Below are positions 1 to 8,872 of a stretch of 64,000 bases of DNA, one piece after another; position 1 is the stretch's first letter; the number at the start of each line of letters is the position of its first letter. The DNA comes from Candidatus Thalassarchaeaceae archaeon (GTDB taxonomy: Archaea > Thermoplasmatota > Poseidoniia > Poseidoniales > Thalassarchaeaceae). The position numbers and the translations under genes were made by a program. The stretch spans positions 75,385 to 139,384 of the forward strand of contig JAPYUP010000001.1 in assembly GCA_029940695.1 (NCBI GenBank), given 5' to 3'. The notes under the pieces are model-generated. The model had not been told where the DNA came from, did not search any database, and saw nothing but the letters and a program-made list of their open reading frames with translations.

Positions 1-173
1 TATTGCCTCATGGTCCACAGGCGCTTGGAGTACATCTCATTGTGAATCCCTCTTCTATAGGGGGGCTCTCCGGCTTCAAGCATATTCGCGCCAGTATTTG
101 AGTTGGTGACGGGCTCATCATCCACGAAGAAGCCCAGTGGGTTAGACGACAAGAACCATTCTCAACACGGATG

Positions 174-986
174 TTAACGTCTGACGGTGTAGTTATCGAC
201 GATTTTTATCAAAGTCTGCTGTTGTTCCTCATCAATAATGCCCTCTTCGAGCTTCTCGTGTAGGAACTCCTTGGATTCATTAGTTGTCAAGCGCTCGCCG
301 CGTGCCCAAATCGTTGCTAGAAGGTTTGATCGGTGTTCCTCGAGGATTCCCAACTTCGAGAGTACTAGTCTCATCTCGTACTTGTACTCCATGTGCCTAC
401 TCCTGTCCAGCCTCTTGGCCCTAGCAGCTGGCCGATAAGAGGAGACTCGGCTCCGGAACTTTCTCCTAGGTTTGATTTGGGGGGTTGTTATAGCGGTGGC
501 CGTGGAGATATTGGTTTTTACAGGCATTACCACATGAGCCGAGGCCCTCGCTTTGCTGCTTTCAATCAACTCTTTTGCTCTTTCACTTGTGCTCTTAATA
601 GGCTCACTAGGCTCACTAGGGTCACTAGGCTCAATTTCAACGGGCCCAGAATCGGGAACGGGTGCACTGAGTCCTAATGCTTGCCTCTTAGGTTCACCGA
701 GCAACTGTTGTTCTATGATCGCAGTCGATGGTTTCTCAGTAAGGGGATGGTCATCCTGAACAGAAGGTTCTGAAGCTGTGTCATCTTCAGGCTCCGGTTG
801 CGGAAGAGATTTGGAAATTGGGGCTGGCTTAGGTTTCGCCCCAGGAATTTGAGGGGGCAGTGGCATATGCTTGACCTTAATTGGTCGTGCGTCCGACCGC
901 ACAGTTACCTTCTTCGAGGATTTGGGGGTGGTACTCGAACCGAAGACGTTTTTCGGTTCTGCCTTGTGCCTCCTTCTCCTCTGCAC
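174..986 (-). CDS. Hypothetical protein. The N-terminal ~190 aa are Pro/Ser/Glu/Lys-rich low complexity and include an (EPS)n repeat. The C-terminal ~70 aa form a compact helical domain (MEYKYEMRLVLSKLGILEE...). The true start is uncertain and the gene may be much shorter.
   Basis: Complete ORF in the six-frame track. Strong compositional bias and an in-frame 9-bp tandem repeat. I recognise no catalytic motif. It lies downstream of kae1 on the same strand. Confidence 0.3.
   Translation of the reverse strand: MQRRRRHKAEPKNVFGSSTTPKSSKKVTVRSDARPIKVKHMPLPPQIPGAKPKPAPISKSLPQPEPEDDTASEPSVQDDHPLTEKPSTAIIEQQLLGEPKRQALGLSAPVPDSGPVEIEPSDPSEPSEPIKSTSERAKELIESSKARASAHVVMPVKTNISTATAITTPQIKPRRKFRSRVSSYRPAARAKRLDRSRHMEYKYEMRLVLSKLGILEEHRSNLLATIWARGERLTTNESKEFLHEKLEEGIIDEEQQQTLIKIVDNYTVRR
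601..636. repeat. 9-bp tandem repeat, GGCTCACTA and variants, about four copies inside the first CDS, encoding (EPS)n
   Basis: Read directly: ggctcacta ggctcacta gggtcacta ggctcaatt. Confidence 0.7.
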
Positions 987-1045
987 TGTCTAATCAGTCC
1001 TCAGCGCCTCGGTCTATCCGACTCTCATAAGCATTCTCGACATAC

Positions 1046-2095
1046 TCAAGCCCAAGCAACGCTTGTGTAGTCGGTTCTTAGGGAGGGATTGATGGCACTG
1101 TCCTCGATTCGCGTTGATATTCCGCACTGGTGCATTCGCCTTCCCAACTCTGCAATCATAGTCCCATTATCGACGCAGTAGGCCTTGTCTGGCCAGTGCG
1201 CGCTAGCCCCCCTCTCAATGCACATTCTCTGAGCCATCTCCCTCAATCTCCCATTGCAGGCAACACCACCACCAAGTAGCAGTTCGGTTTTCCCCGTGTG
1301 CGCCAAAGCCCTCTCTGCAACTTCCACGCAAGTAGCGAATGCATGCTCTTGCAGTGACCAACATATGACTTGCAGGGGGGAATCTTCACGAACCCTCTGC
1401 ACAGCAGAGGTCAGTATTCCTGAGAAGGCTATGTCCATCCCGTGGACGCCGTAAGGCAACTGAACCTCATCGAGGCTTGGTGGGCCGTCTCGTAAGCAAG
1501 CATCAGCTAGTCTCTCGATCTCCGGGCCCCCCGGGAATGGAATTCCGTGAACCCTTGCAAACTTGTCTAGCATGTTGCCGATTCCGATGTCGAGGGTTTC
1601 CCCTAGTACCCTGTAGCGGCCATTAGCACGGGCAATCACTTGGGTGTTCCCACCACTTACATAGAGCAATACGGGATCAACACAACCAGTCTGATTGCGC
1701 CCCACTTCGATATGCGCAACACAATGATTGACGCCAATTAGCGGCACATCGAGGCTTCTTGATAGAGATCTGGCAACCGAGGCACCAATTCGCAGACACG
1801 GCCCGAGTCCCGGACCCTGGCTAAAGGCTACAGCATTCACTGAACTCCAGTCGAAGCCTTCACTGGAACCGATATTGGTCAGCAAAGTGGAGGCGGCCTC
1901 AGAATGGTGATCGGCTGCTTCCCTAGGATGAATTCCGCCCTTTTCAGGATGGAATACAGCCGAATACGACGGATAGAGAGTCCCATTCAAACCAACGCTA
2001 CCCACAGACAAGGTATGCGCAGTGCTCTCTATCCCCAGTACAAGACCATTCACAGAAAGTCGTGAAGCACGAGTCCTTTCAAGTATCGCAGCCAT
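1046..2095 (-). CDS. kae1: Kae1 (OSGEP/TsaD family), the tRNA N6-adenosine threonylcarbamoyltransferase catalytic subunit of KEOPS
   Basis: 349 aa. Kae1/TsaD hallmarks: GIESTAHTLSVG, HCVAHIE, metal-binding His pair, and a C-terminal GGGVACNGRLR-like segment. Confidence 0.85.
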   Translation of the reverse strand: MAAILERTRASRLSVNGLVLGIESTAHTLSVGSVGLNGTLYPSYSAVFHPEKGGIHPREAADHHSEAASTLLTNIGSSEGFDWSSVNAVAFSQGPGLGPCLRIGASVARSLSRSLDVPLIGVNHCVAHIEVGRNQTGCVDPVLLYVSGGNTQVIARANGRYRVLGETLDIGIGNMLDKFARVHGIPFPGGPEIERLADACLRDGPPSLDEVQLPYGVHGMDIAFSGILTSAVQRVREDSPLQVICWSLQEHAFATCVEVAERALAHTGKTELLLGGGVACNGRLREMAQRMCIERGASAHWPDKAYCVDNGTMIAELGRRMHQCGISTRIEDSAINPSLRTDYTSVAWA

Positions 2096-2103
2096 CCGGG
2101 TGC

Positions 2104-3396
2104 ATGAGAACGCTAATCGTAAATTGCGGTGAAGTCGCTCATCTATCCACTGGTGACATCCGATTTCCTCTGTCTGGCTATCAGATTAAGGATAGAAATC
2201 ACCTCGTCCACTCAGAAGGAATGGCCATCCTCGTCGAAGATGGTATAATTGAGCGCATTGGCCCGACGTCAGATTTGATCGCTGAGCACGCTCCTTGGTT
2301 CCCTTCCACGACAAAATCAGTAGATACCACAGTCATAGACGTACACGGAAAGGCCGTTGTTCCCGGTTTTGTGGACTGTCACACCCACTTGGTTTGGGCC
2401 GGTGACAGGGCCGAAGAGTTGGCACTCAGGCAGGCCGGCAAAACCTACAGGGACATAGCGGCAGCCGGGGGCGGAATCAGCAAAACAGTCATTCATACCC
2501 GGGGCGCTTCCCTCGAGAACCTCGTAGAATCTGGAAATCGGAGGATTGTGGCTGCAATCGCAAACGGTACTACAGCGATTGAGGCCAAGAGCGGTTACGG
2601 ACTCGATGTTGAAGCTGAAGTCAAACTCCTAGAGGCGATTTCCATGATTGATAGGTCGACGGCTTGCAGCATTTCTCCCACTTGGCTTGGTGCGCATGAT
2701 TTCCCCGCCGACACAAGCCGGCGAGACTACATGGACCAACTAATATCGGACCAATTGCCAATTATCTCTGAACTCGGGCTAGCAAAATGGGTCGACGTTT
2801 TTTGTGAGCCTGGCTGGTTTTCACCGGAGGAAACCGCGGAAATCGTCAGGTCTGCCGGGGAACATGGAATCGGATCGAGGCTGCATGTTGACGAGTTCGT
2901 TGACTACGGGGGCCTCGCTCTAGCAGCAGAACTAGGATCTGTTAGTGGGGATCACGTTGCATGCTCCAGTGATGATTCACGACAAAGTGCTGCAGATGCA
3001 GGCACGATGCAGACATTCCTACCAGGAACCCCCTATGTGCTTGGCACCGATATTGCTCTGCCAATAAACAAATGCATCGAAGAGGACTGGGCCTTCTCAA
3101 CGGCTACTGACTTCAATCCAAATTGTCCTATCAACTCACTTCCTTTCATTGGTAGCCTGCTCTCCCATAGGCTAGGCATCGATCCTATCGCCGCTCTGGT
3201 TTCTGTAACTAGGAATCCCGCCACCACACTATTCGACGAATCGGAAATGAGGGGGGTGCTAGCAAAAGGCAGACCGGCCGATCTTAACGTGCTTTGGTCG
3301 TCATCCGCCGATAGTTGGTGCCAGACCCCTGGAAGCTCTCCTGTTAGCATGACCCTGATTGGAGGAGAAGTTGTAAACTCGGACAAGGCGTACTGA
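2104..3396 (+). CDS. hutI: Imidazolonepropionase (HutI). The start is probably the internal Met (MRTLIV...), which avoids overlap with kae1.
   Basis: Amidohydrolase-superfamily motifs VDCHTHLVWAG and HVDE. Length about 430 aa. Located in the hut neighbourhood. Confidence 0.8.
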   Translation: MRTLIVNCGEVAHLSTGDIRFPLSGYQIKDRNHLVHSEGMAILVEDGIIERIGPTSDLIAEHAPWFPSTTKSVDTTVIDVHGKAVVPGFVDCHTHLVWAGDRAEELALRQAGKTYRDIAAAGGGISKTVIHTRGASLENLVESGNRRIVAAIANGTTAIEAKSGYGLDVEAEVKLLEAISMIDRSTACSISPTWLGAHDFPADTSRRDYMDQLISDQLPIISELGLAKWVDVFCEPGWFSPEETAEIVRSAGEHGIGSRLHVDEFVDYGGLALAAELGSVSGDHVACSSDDSRQSAADAGTMQTFLPGTPYVLGTDIALPINKCIEEDWAFSTATDFNPNCPINSLPFIGSLLSHRLGIDPIAALVSVTRNPATTLFDESEMRGVLAKGRPADLNVLWSSSADSWCQTPGSSPVSMTLIGGEVVNSDKAY

Positions 3397-3852
3397 TACT
3401 ACTATACTATTGAAATGCTATTAGAACGAAAATATCGATAAATCACTAGTACAGTCACCCCCACCGTTCTAGAATGGAAATATTTCGAGTCATATGTTGC
3501 CGATAACAGTAGTTATCAGAACAATATTTTGAATTATCCATGTTGAGTTGCTGGCAGTGTCCCGTTTTTGAAAAATATCCAATAATTATGCCTTCGCACC
3601 CCCACTATTAGTGAAATATTGAAACCGGGTATAGTAATCACGAATCGTGACTTCGGAAGTACATGGTTTCTGCATGAAGTGCAAAACCTATGTTTTGATT
3701 AGTAATCCTATGGAAGTACCGATGCGAAACGGTAGAACCAGAATAGCTGGAACTTGCTCGATCCAAGGCTGCACTGGCAGGATTTCAAAGATTGTTTCCT
3801 AACCAACTCTTGGAGAATGATTCTTGAGTGGGTGTGAATACGCAATATGGCC
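3397..3852. other. A 456-bp AT-rich non-coding spacer between hutI and tRNA-Val. It contains two short palindromes: GATAACagtaGTTATC at 3502-3517 and TCACGAaTCGTGA at 3638-3650.
   Basis: No ORF of 60 aa or longer. AT content is clearly above the window average. The palindromes were read directly from the sequence. Confidence 0.5.
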
Positions 3853-3928
3853 GGGCTCGTGGTCTAGGGGTTATGACGTCGCCTTGACATGGCGAAGATC
3901 GCAGGTTCAATTCCTGCCGAGCCCACCA
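3853..3928 (+). tRNA. tRNA-Val, anticodon GAC, with the CCA end encoded
   Basis: Manual fold. Acceptor stem GGGCUCG/CGAGCCC (7 bp). Anticodon stem UCGCC/GGCGA with loop UUGACAU. T-arm GCAGG-UUCAAUU-CCUGC. U8, A14 and G18G19 are present, with discriminator A. Length 76 nt. Confidence 0.75.
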
Positions 3929-3945
3929 ATAGTATTGATACTATG

Positions 3946-4707
3946 TTAATCGCTATTCAATGAATATGAGACTCTCAGTCTCCCTTTGCCCTTGTTCCTC
4001 ACTCCTTTGAAGGTCACCGGGTGAATCTCCCTAGTGTTGACGACATGAGTGCCTGCACATGGGCAGAGGTCAACTCCATCAACTTCGATGACCCTGAGAT
4101 GGGTGACTGAAGGTGGGATTCTATCAATGAATTTCATGTGTCGCATGTCTTTATGATTCGTGATTGTGTCCCTGTCCCACTCGTGAACGTTCACTGGAAT
4201 TGCCGAATCGATGACTGAGTTTACTGCATCGATAAGAACGCCGGGGTCGAAGACGGTCTTATCCTCGAATAGTAAATCCACCCTAGACTGTTCCATACCT
4301 ATCTGGTTTCCAACTGTTTCTGCGCCCCATATGTCTTCGGCTAAAGCTGAGAAGATGTGCTGAGACGTATGCATCAGTGCGTGAGCGTTTCTCCTCTCTG
4401 GGTCAATTGAGCATACGATAGGCTCACCGACATTGAATATAGACGAATCTTCGACGGGGTGATCTATCAATTCTCCCGGTAGTACCTCGAAGAAAGGGGC
4501 GGTTCTGCCATCACTGTGAGAAATATAGCCAGTATCACCTGGTTGGCCCCCTCCACGAGGATAACAGTGGGACTCAGAGAGAAACAAGGATGATTCTGAA
4601 GTGCCCATTACATGTGCTTCGAAGGAAGGTGGATTAGTGCCTGGGTGGCGAAGCATATGCAGCATCTCTTGCACTGTCTCACCCGAATAATCGACCAATC
4701 GCACCAT
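3946..4707 (-). CDS. alaX: AlaX-M-type alanyl-tRNA editing protein (a trans-editing AlaRS-editing-domain homolog). It may instead start at an internal Met, MLHMLRHPG, at about 4662.
   Basis: EGGGQPGDTGYI-like beta-barrel motif (PRGGGQPGDTGYI), then the Zn-binding HxxxH (HTSQH) and CxxxH (CAGTH) motifs of AlaRS editing domains. About 250 aa. Confidence 0.65.
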   Translation of the reverse strand: MVRLVDYSGETVQEMLHMLRHPGTNPPSFEAHVMGTSESSLFLSESHCYPRGGGQPGDTGYISHSDGRTAPFFEVLPGELIDHPVEDSSIFNVGEPIVCSIDPERRNAHALMHTSQHIFSALAEDIWGAETVGNQIGMEQSRVDLLFEDKTVFDPGVLIDAVNSVIDSAIPVNVHEWDRDTITNHKDMRHMKFIDRIPPSVTHLRVIEVDGVDLCPCAGTHVVNTREIHPVTFKGVRNKGKGRLRVSYSLNSD

Positions 4708-6229
4708 TCATTATGGAACTGGAGAGAGCTTCGCACTCGGCAGTTAGGGATCTGTCACTATCCAGAGGAGAGACGTGTTTCCTGACCCATTCGTGGAGTT
4801 TTTCGACCCCATTACCTGGTTCCTCCTCTATCCTGTCGAGTGCCTCGCAGGAGCAAATCAATTCGTTTGCAATCACCTGGGAGAGATAACGCGTCGTTGT
4901 AGTTGCCCTGAATGTTCCAGTAGCCCCCATAGACGCATGATCCTCTTTCCCCATGCTAACGGGCACGTTACTAGAAGTAGCTGGGTTCGCAAGCAAGTGT
5001 AATTCAGATATGAGGGAGGCTGCGACGTATTGGATTAGCATCAAACCGCTCTCTAATCCCTCTTCATTGGCCAGGAATGGTTTCTGTCCACTCCATTTAG
5101 GATCGAGAAGCTGGTTGATTCTGCGTTCAGAAAGCGATGCGAGTTCGTGACAGGCTAGAGCGATGGCATCGCTCGCCAAAGCAAGGTTCTGTCCATGAAA
5201 GTTACCACCACTGATGATTTCGTATCCGTTGTCTTCCACGAAGATGAGGGGGTTATCCGTCGCGCTGTTGATTTCCACCTCCAGCATCCTCCTTACTTCC
5301 CTCGTTAAGTCAATGACTGGTCCATGAACCTGGGGCGAGCACCTGAAGCAGTAGGCATCCTGTACCCGATTACAATCAGCATGAGAGAGCATTATCTTAG
5401 AATCAGCGAGCATCCCAGAAATTCTAGCAGCAGAGATGGACTGCCCGAATTGTGGCCTGGCGGAATGAATTCTTGGGTCAAATGGCGCATGGGAACCCCT
5501 GATTCCTTCTAGGGAGCATGCGACAGCGCAATCGGCTGCTAAGAGGAGGTTTTCGAGATCCGTGAGTGCTATTGCCATGTATGCGCACATTTGGCTAGTT
5601 CCGTTTATCAGCGACAAGCCCTCCTTTGCTTGCAATTTGATGGGCGAAAGTCCAGCACTACTTAGGGCATCACTGCTTTGCATGACATTCCAAGAGTTCT
5701 CATCGCAGATTGTACAGTCACCTTCACCAATCAATGACAGAGCCATGTGCGAAAGCGGGGCGAGATCTCCCGATGCCCCCAGAGAGCCAATGCGCGGGAC
5801 TACGGGGGCGATTCTGGCGTTCACCATTGATAGCAGCAGATCAACTACCTCCGGCCGGGCACCAGAGAAACCCTTCGCAAGGGAATTTGCCCGGATAATC
5901 ATCATCATCAGAACATGTTCCGGGTCCATTCTTTCTCCGACGCCACAAGCGTGGCTCCTGATTAGGTTGACTTGGAGGTCTTCCAGATGTCCGAGTTCAA
6001 TCCTAACTGAAGACAAGGCGCCGAACCCAGTATTGATTCCATAGACCACATCATCAGAGTCTAGGACTTGCTCTATGGCGGATCTTGATTTCGCCATGGC
6101 CTCCCTAGACGATTCAGAGAGTGAGGCTGTGTGTTGACCATAGGCGATGGCTAATACGTCCTCAGGACGGAGGGATTCCCCGTCTATGTGAAACTCGCCC
6201 ATGCGTCGCGACCGAGGTGACGGGGTCAC
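4679..6229 (-). CDS. hutH: Histidine ammonia-lyase (HutH)
   Basis: 516 aa. MIO-forming Ala-Ser-Gly triad within GSLGASGDLAPLSHMAL. Aromatic amino-acid lyase family. Sits between hutU and alaX. Confidence 0.85.
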   Translation of the reverse strand: MTPSPRSRRMGEFHIDGESLRPEDVLAIAYGQHTASLSESSREAMAKSRSAIEQVLDSDDVVYGINTGFGALSSVRIELGHLEDLQVNLIRSHACGVGERMDPEHVLMMMIIRANSLAKGFSGARPEVVDLLLSMVNARIAPVVPRIGSLGASGDLAPLSHMALSLIGEGDCTICDENSWNVMQSSDALSSAGLSPIKLQAKEGLSLINGTSQMCAYMAIALTDLENLLLAADCAVACSLEGIRGSHAPFDPRIHSARPQFGQSISAARISGMLADSKIMLSHADCNRVQDAYCFRCSPQVHGPVIDLTREVRRMLEVEINSATDNPLIFVEDNGYEIISGGNFHGQNLALASDAIALACHELASLSERRINQLLDPKWSGQKPFLANEEGLESGLMLIQYVAASLISELHLLANPATSSNVPVSMGKEDHASMGATGTFRATTTTRYLSQVIANELICSCEALDRIEEEPGNGVEKLHEWVRKHVSPLDSDRSLTAECEALSSSIMNGAIGRLFG

Positions 6230-6235
6230 ATAGAG

Positions 6236-8251
6236 TCATCGAGAGTGCTTGAAGACGCCCTCGAGCAGATTTGGCTCAACCATGTTTGGCATGGTCACCT
6301 CCAACTTGGCGTTGGCCCCCATTGCCCTAGAGATTGCGAACTCAGCACCCTCACTCCTAGCCCATGAACGCCGTGCTAATCCATTGTTTACATCCCATGA
6401 TATCATTGAGTCTATCCTGCTCTGAGAGTCTTGAGAGCCATCTAGCACCAATCCGAATCCCCCATTGATCACTTCGCCCCAACCAACGCCCCCACCATTG
6501 TGCAAGCTCACCCACGTGGCCCCCCTGAATGAGTCTCCAACGAAGTTCTGAACAGACATGTCAGCTGTGAACATAGAACCGTCTTGGATGTTGGATGTCT
6601 CTCTGAATGGGCTGTCAGTCCCCCCAACATCGTGATGATCACGGCCAAGGACTATTGGCGCTGAGATCACTCCTTCGGAGATTGCGTCGTTGAATGCCCT
6701 AGCTATACTGCGCCTGCCATTCTCATCTGCGTATAGAATCCTTGCCTTGCTTCCCACGACCAAACCCTGGCGTTCAGCCTCTGATATCCATCTGATGTTA
6801 TCGAGGTATTGAATCCTGATTTCGTCGGCGCAGTTTCTGGACAGGTTCTCCAGAACCTCTTGGGCGATTCTATCAGTTTCCATAAGATCAGATACAGCAC
6901 CTGAGCAACAAACCCACCTGAAGGGACCGAACCCATAGTCGAAGCACATGGGGCCCATGATGTCCTCAACGTATGAGGGATATCTGAAACGTCCATCCCC
7001 CAGAATAACATCCGCACCCGCTCTGCCTGCCTCTAGAAGAAAGGCGTTGCCGTAGTCCCAAAATCTGGTTCCTTTGGAGTTTAGAACATTAATTGCATTA
7101 ACTTGCCTTCTAAGGGACTCTTGCACTCTTTCCTTGAAGGCCGCTGGGTCATTCTTCAGAAGTTCTAGGCTCTCACCAAGGGATATCCCAGCGGGAATGT
7201 AACCGCCTAGCCATGGGTTATGCAGGCTTGTCTGGTCGCTTGCAAGATCTGGGTACAGACCAACGTCAATGAGGTGCTCCAGAAGATCTACGATGTTTCC
7301 CAAATATCCCAGGGAAACGGCCTCATTGTTGGCTCTGGCTTCAATTGCCCTCTCGACAACTACATCAAGGTCGTCGTACAACTCTGAGAGCCAGCCTTGC
7401 TCAAGCCTCTTATTGGCTGGTTTGGGATCAATTTCCGCAATAAGGCACACTGCTCCAGCTATTACTGCAGCTTTGGCCTGTGCTCCCGACATACCACCTA
7501 AGCCTGAGGTCACGTAAATCACTCCGCCCAGGCCTTCTTCTGAGGTCCTTCCAAGGTACTTCCGCGCGGCATTCAGGAGTGTAATTGTCGTCCCGTGGAC
7601 GATGCCTTGGGGGCCTATGTACATGTAGGAGCCAGCAGTCATCTGACCGTACTGTGAAACCCCAAGGGCATTCATGCGCTCGTAGTTCTCTTGTGAGGAA
7701 TAGTTGGGAACCACCATGCCGTTGGTTACCACTGCCATCGGCGCATCGGCGCTAGATGGGAACAACCCGAGTGGGTGACCTGAATACATTACCAGAGTCT
7801 GATCTTCGTCCATTTTACCAAGGTACTGCATAGTTAGACGGTATTGGGCCCAATTCTGGAATACTGCGCCGTTCGCACCATAAGTGACCAATTCGTGTGG
7901 GAACTGGGCGACTACTGGATCCAGGTTGTTCTGAATCATCAACATTATCGCTGCGGCAAATGGTGATTTCGCAGGGTAATCCGAGATTGGTCTGGCGTGC
8001 ATTTCGTACTCTGGTCTGAACCTGTGCATGTAGATGTGACCATAATTGTCCAACTCGGCCAGAAACTCAACGGCGAGAATTGGATGCCACGTCGAAGGGA
8101 AGTACCGCAGAGCGTTCTCGACGGCAAGCCTCCTCTCTGCATCAGACAGGACCGGGGGCCTGCTTGGTGCATGGGATACCGAGGTATCTAGGAGTCTTGG
8201 GGGAGGAAGTTGTTCGGGTATGCCCTCTCGAACTTCTTCGCTAAACGCCAT
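6236..8251 (-). CDS. hutU: Urocanate hydratase (HutU), long form of 671 aa with an N-terminal extension
   Basis: GLGGMSGAQ NAD-binding motif and a conserved urocanase core. Its start overlaps the stop of the upstream cyclodeaminase gene (ATGA coupling). Confidence 0.85.
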   Translation of the reverse strand: MAFSEEVREGIPEQLPPPRLLDTSVSHAPSRPPVLSDAERRLAVENALRYFPSTWHPILAVEFLAELDNYGHIYMHRFRPEYEMHARPISDYPAKSPFAAAIMLMIQNNLDPVVAQFPHELVTYGANGAVFQNWAQYRLTMQYLGKMDEDQTLVMYSGHPLGLFPSSADAPMAVVTNGMVVPNYSSQENYERMNALGVSQYGQMTAGSYMYIGPQGIVHGTTITLLNAARKYLGRTSEEGLGGVIYVTSGLGGMSGAQAKAAVIAGAVCLIAEIDPKPANKRLEQGWLSELYDDLDVVVERAIEARANNEAVSLGYLGNIVDLLEHLIDVGLYPDLASDQTSLHNPWLGGYIPAGISLGESLELLKNDPAAFKERVQESLRRQVNAINVLNSKGTRFWDYGNAFLLEAGRAGADVILGDGRFRYPSYVEDIMGPMCFDYGFGPFRWVCCSGAVSDLMETDRIAQEVLENLSRNCADEIRIQYLDNIRWISEAERQGLVVGSKARILYADENGRRSIARAFNDAISEGVISAPIVLGRDHHDVGGTDSPFRETSNIQDGSMFTADMSVQNFVGDSFRGATWVSLHNGGGVGWGEVINGGFGLVLDGSQDSQSRIDSMISWDVNNGLARRSWARSEGAEFAISRAMGANAKLEVTMPNMVEPNLLEGVFKHSR

Positions 8252-8871
8252 TACCAGCCCAACCTCTCCGAAACAATGGAACGAATCACCCCGACTAATT
8301 CATTTGACGTCGCTAGTAACTTTTCTATTCGGGCTGCCTCTTTCTCTACATCTTCACCTTCAATAGAATCTAGATTGATTCGTACATTCATAGATGCGAT
8401 GTAGGCTGCAGTATTCGCAAGCTCTGCCGAAGCGGCAAGATCGGTCAAAGCGTTCGAGTTGCCGTGTTCAGCCAATTTTTGTATCGAAACGAGGAGTTCG
8501 CAAGCCTCAATTGCAGTCTCCAACGGGACCGCCGCGGCCCCCCACGTAGCATTGCGAATCTCCCCTTTTCTAGCAGATACCTCTGCTTCGTCACCTTTGG
8601 GAAGTCTGTAGGCACGCATGACTGCGTCAAAGGCCTCTGCATCCTTCTCTGCGAGGACAATTGCCCTATCGGAACCTGATTCAGATGAAATTATCACGGC
8701 GTCAGCGGCGTCGACTCCATCGACTGATATCTTCCTGCCTTTGGACAATCGCGCTACCATAAGAGCGAGAGAATGTGCATGAGCTAACGCAAGAGCAGCT
8801 ACTGAACCCCCCCCAGGGGTTGGAGAAGATGATGAAATTCGACTCAGAATTTCCTTGTATCCCTCATTCAC
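8251..8871 (-). CDS. Formimidoyltetrahydrofolate cyclodeaminase (stand-alone FTCD C-domain homolog)
   Basis: 206 aa. SPTPGGGSVAALALA motif typical of the cyclodeaminase/FTCD_C family. Translationally coupled to hutU. Confidence 0.7.
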   Translation of the reverse strand: MNEGYKEILSRISSSSPTPGGGSVAALALAHAHSLALMVARLSKGRKISVDGVDAADAVIISSESGSDRAIVLAEKDAEAFDAVMRAYRLPKGDEAEVSARKGEIRNATWGAAAVPLETAIEACELLVSIQKLAEHGNSNALTDLAASAELANTAAYIASMNVRINLDSIEGEDVEKEAARIEKLLATSNELVGVIRSIVSERLGW

Positions 8872-8872
8872 A

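Noticed and set aside
1-150. A possible 5'-partial minus-strand ORF running off the left edge, open from an ATG near nt 62 or a TTG near nt 152.
   Set aside because: Only about 30-50 codons are visible, with no recognisable motif. It cannot be distinguished from non-coding sequence downstream of the first CDS.
174-392. C-terminal 72 aa of the first CDS as a ribosomal P1 (L12e) homolog, because of the MEYKYEMRLVL start.
   Set aside because: The similarity is limited to the first ~10 residues. The Ala/Pro hinge and acidic GLFD tail of P1 are absent, and the segment lies at the C-terminus of a longer open frame.
601-636. Tandem 9-bp and 12-bp repeats (601-636, 35581-35628), considered as possible CRISPR-like or minisatellite elements.
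   Set aside because: Their units are far too short and they are contiguous, in-frame coding repeats inside genes. There are no spacers and no cas genes.
3397-3928. Possible integrated element at the tRNA-Val locus (AT-rich DNA next to a tRNA).
   Set aside because: The AT-rich DNA lies 5' of the tRNA, not at its 3' end. No integrase, transposase or direct repeat of the tRNA 3' end is present in the window.
6703-7017. Many short six-frame ORFs (60-180 aa) lying antisense to, or out of frame within, well-supported genes. Examples: 6703-7017 in hutU, 9171-9428 in the formiminotransferase gene, 33505-33735 in EF-2, 58008-58563 in rfcL.
   Set aside because: They overlap long genes with clear homology on the other strand or frame. 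Their composition is typical of shadow ORFs in GC-moderate DNA, and no motif was recognised.
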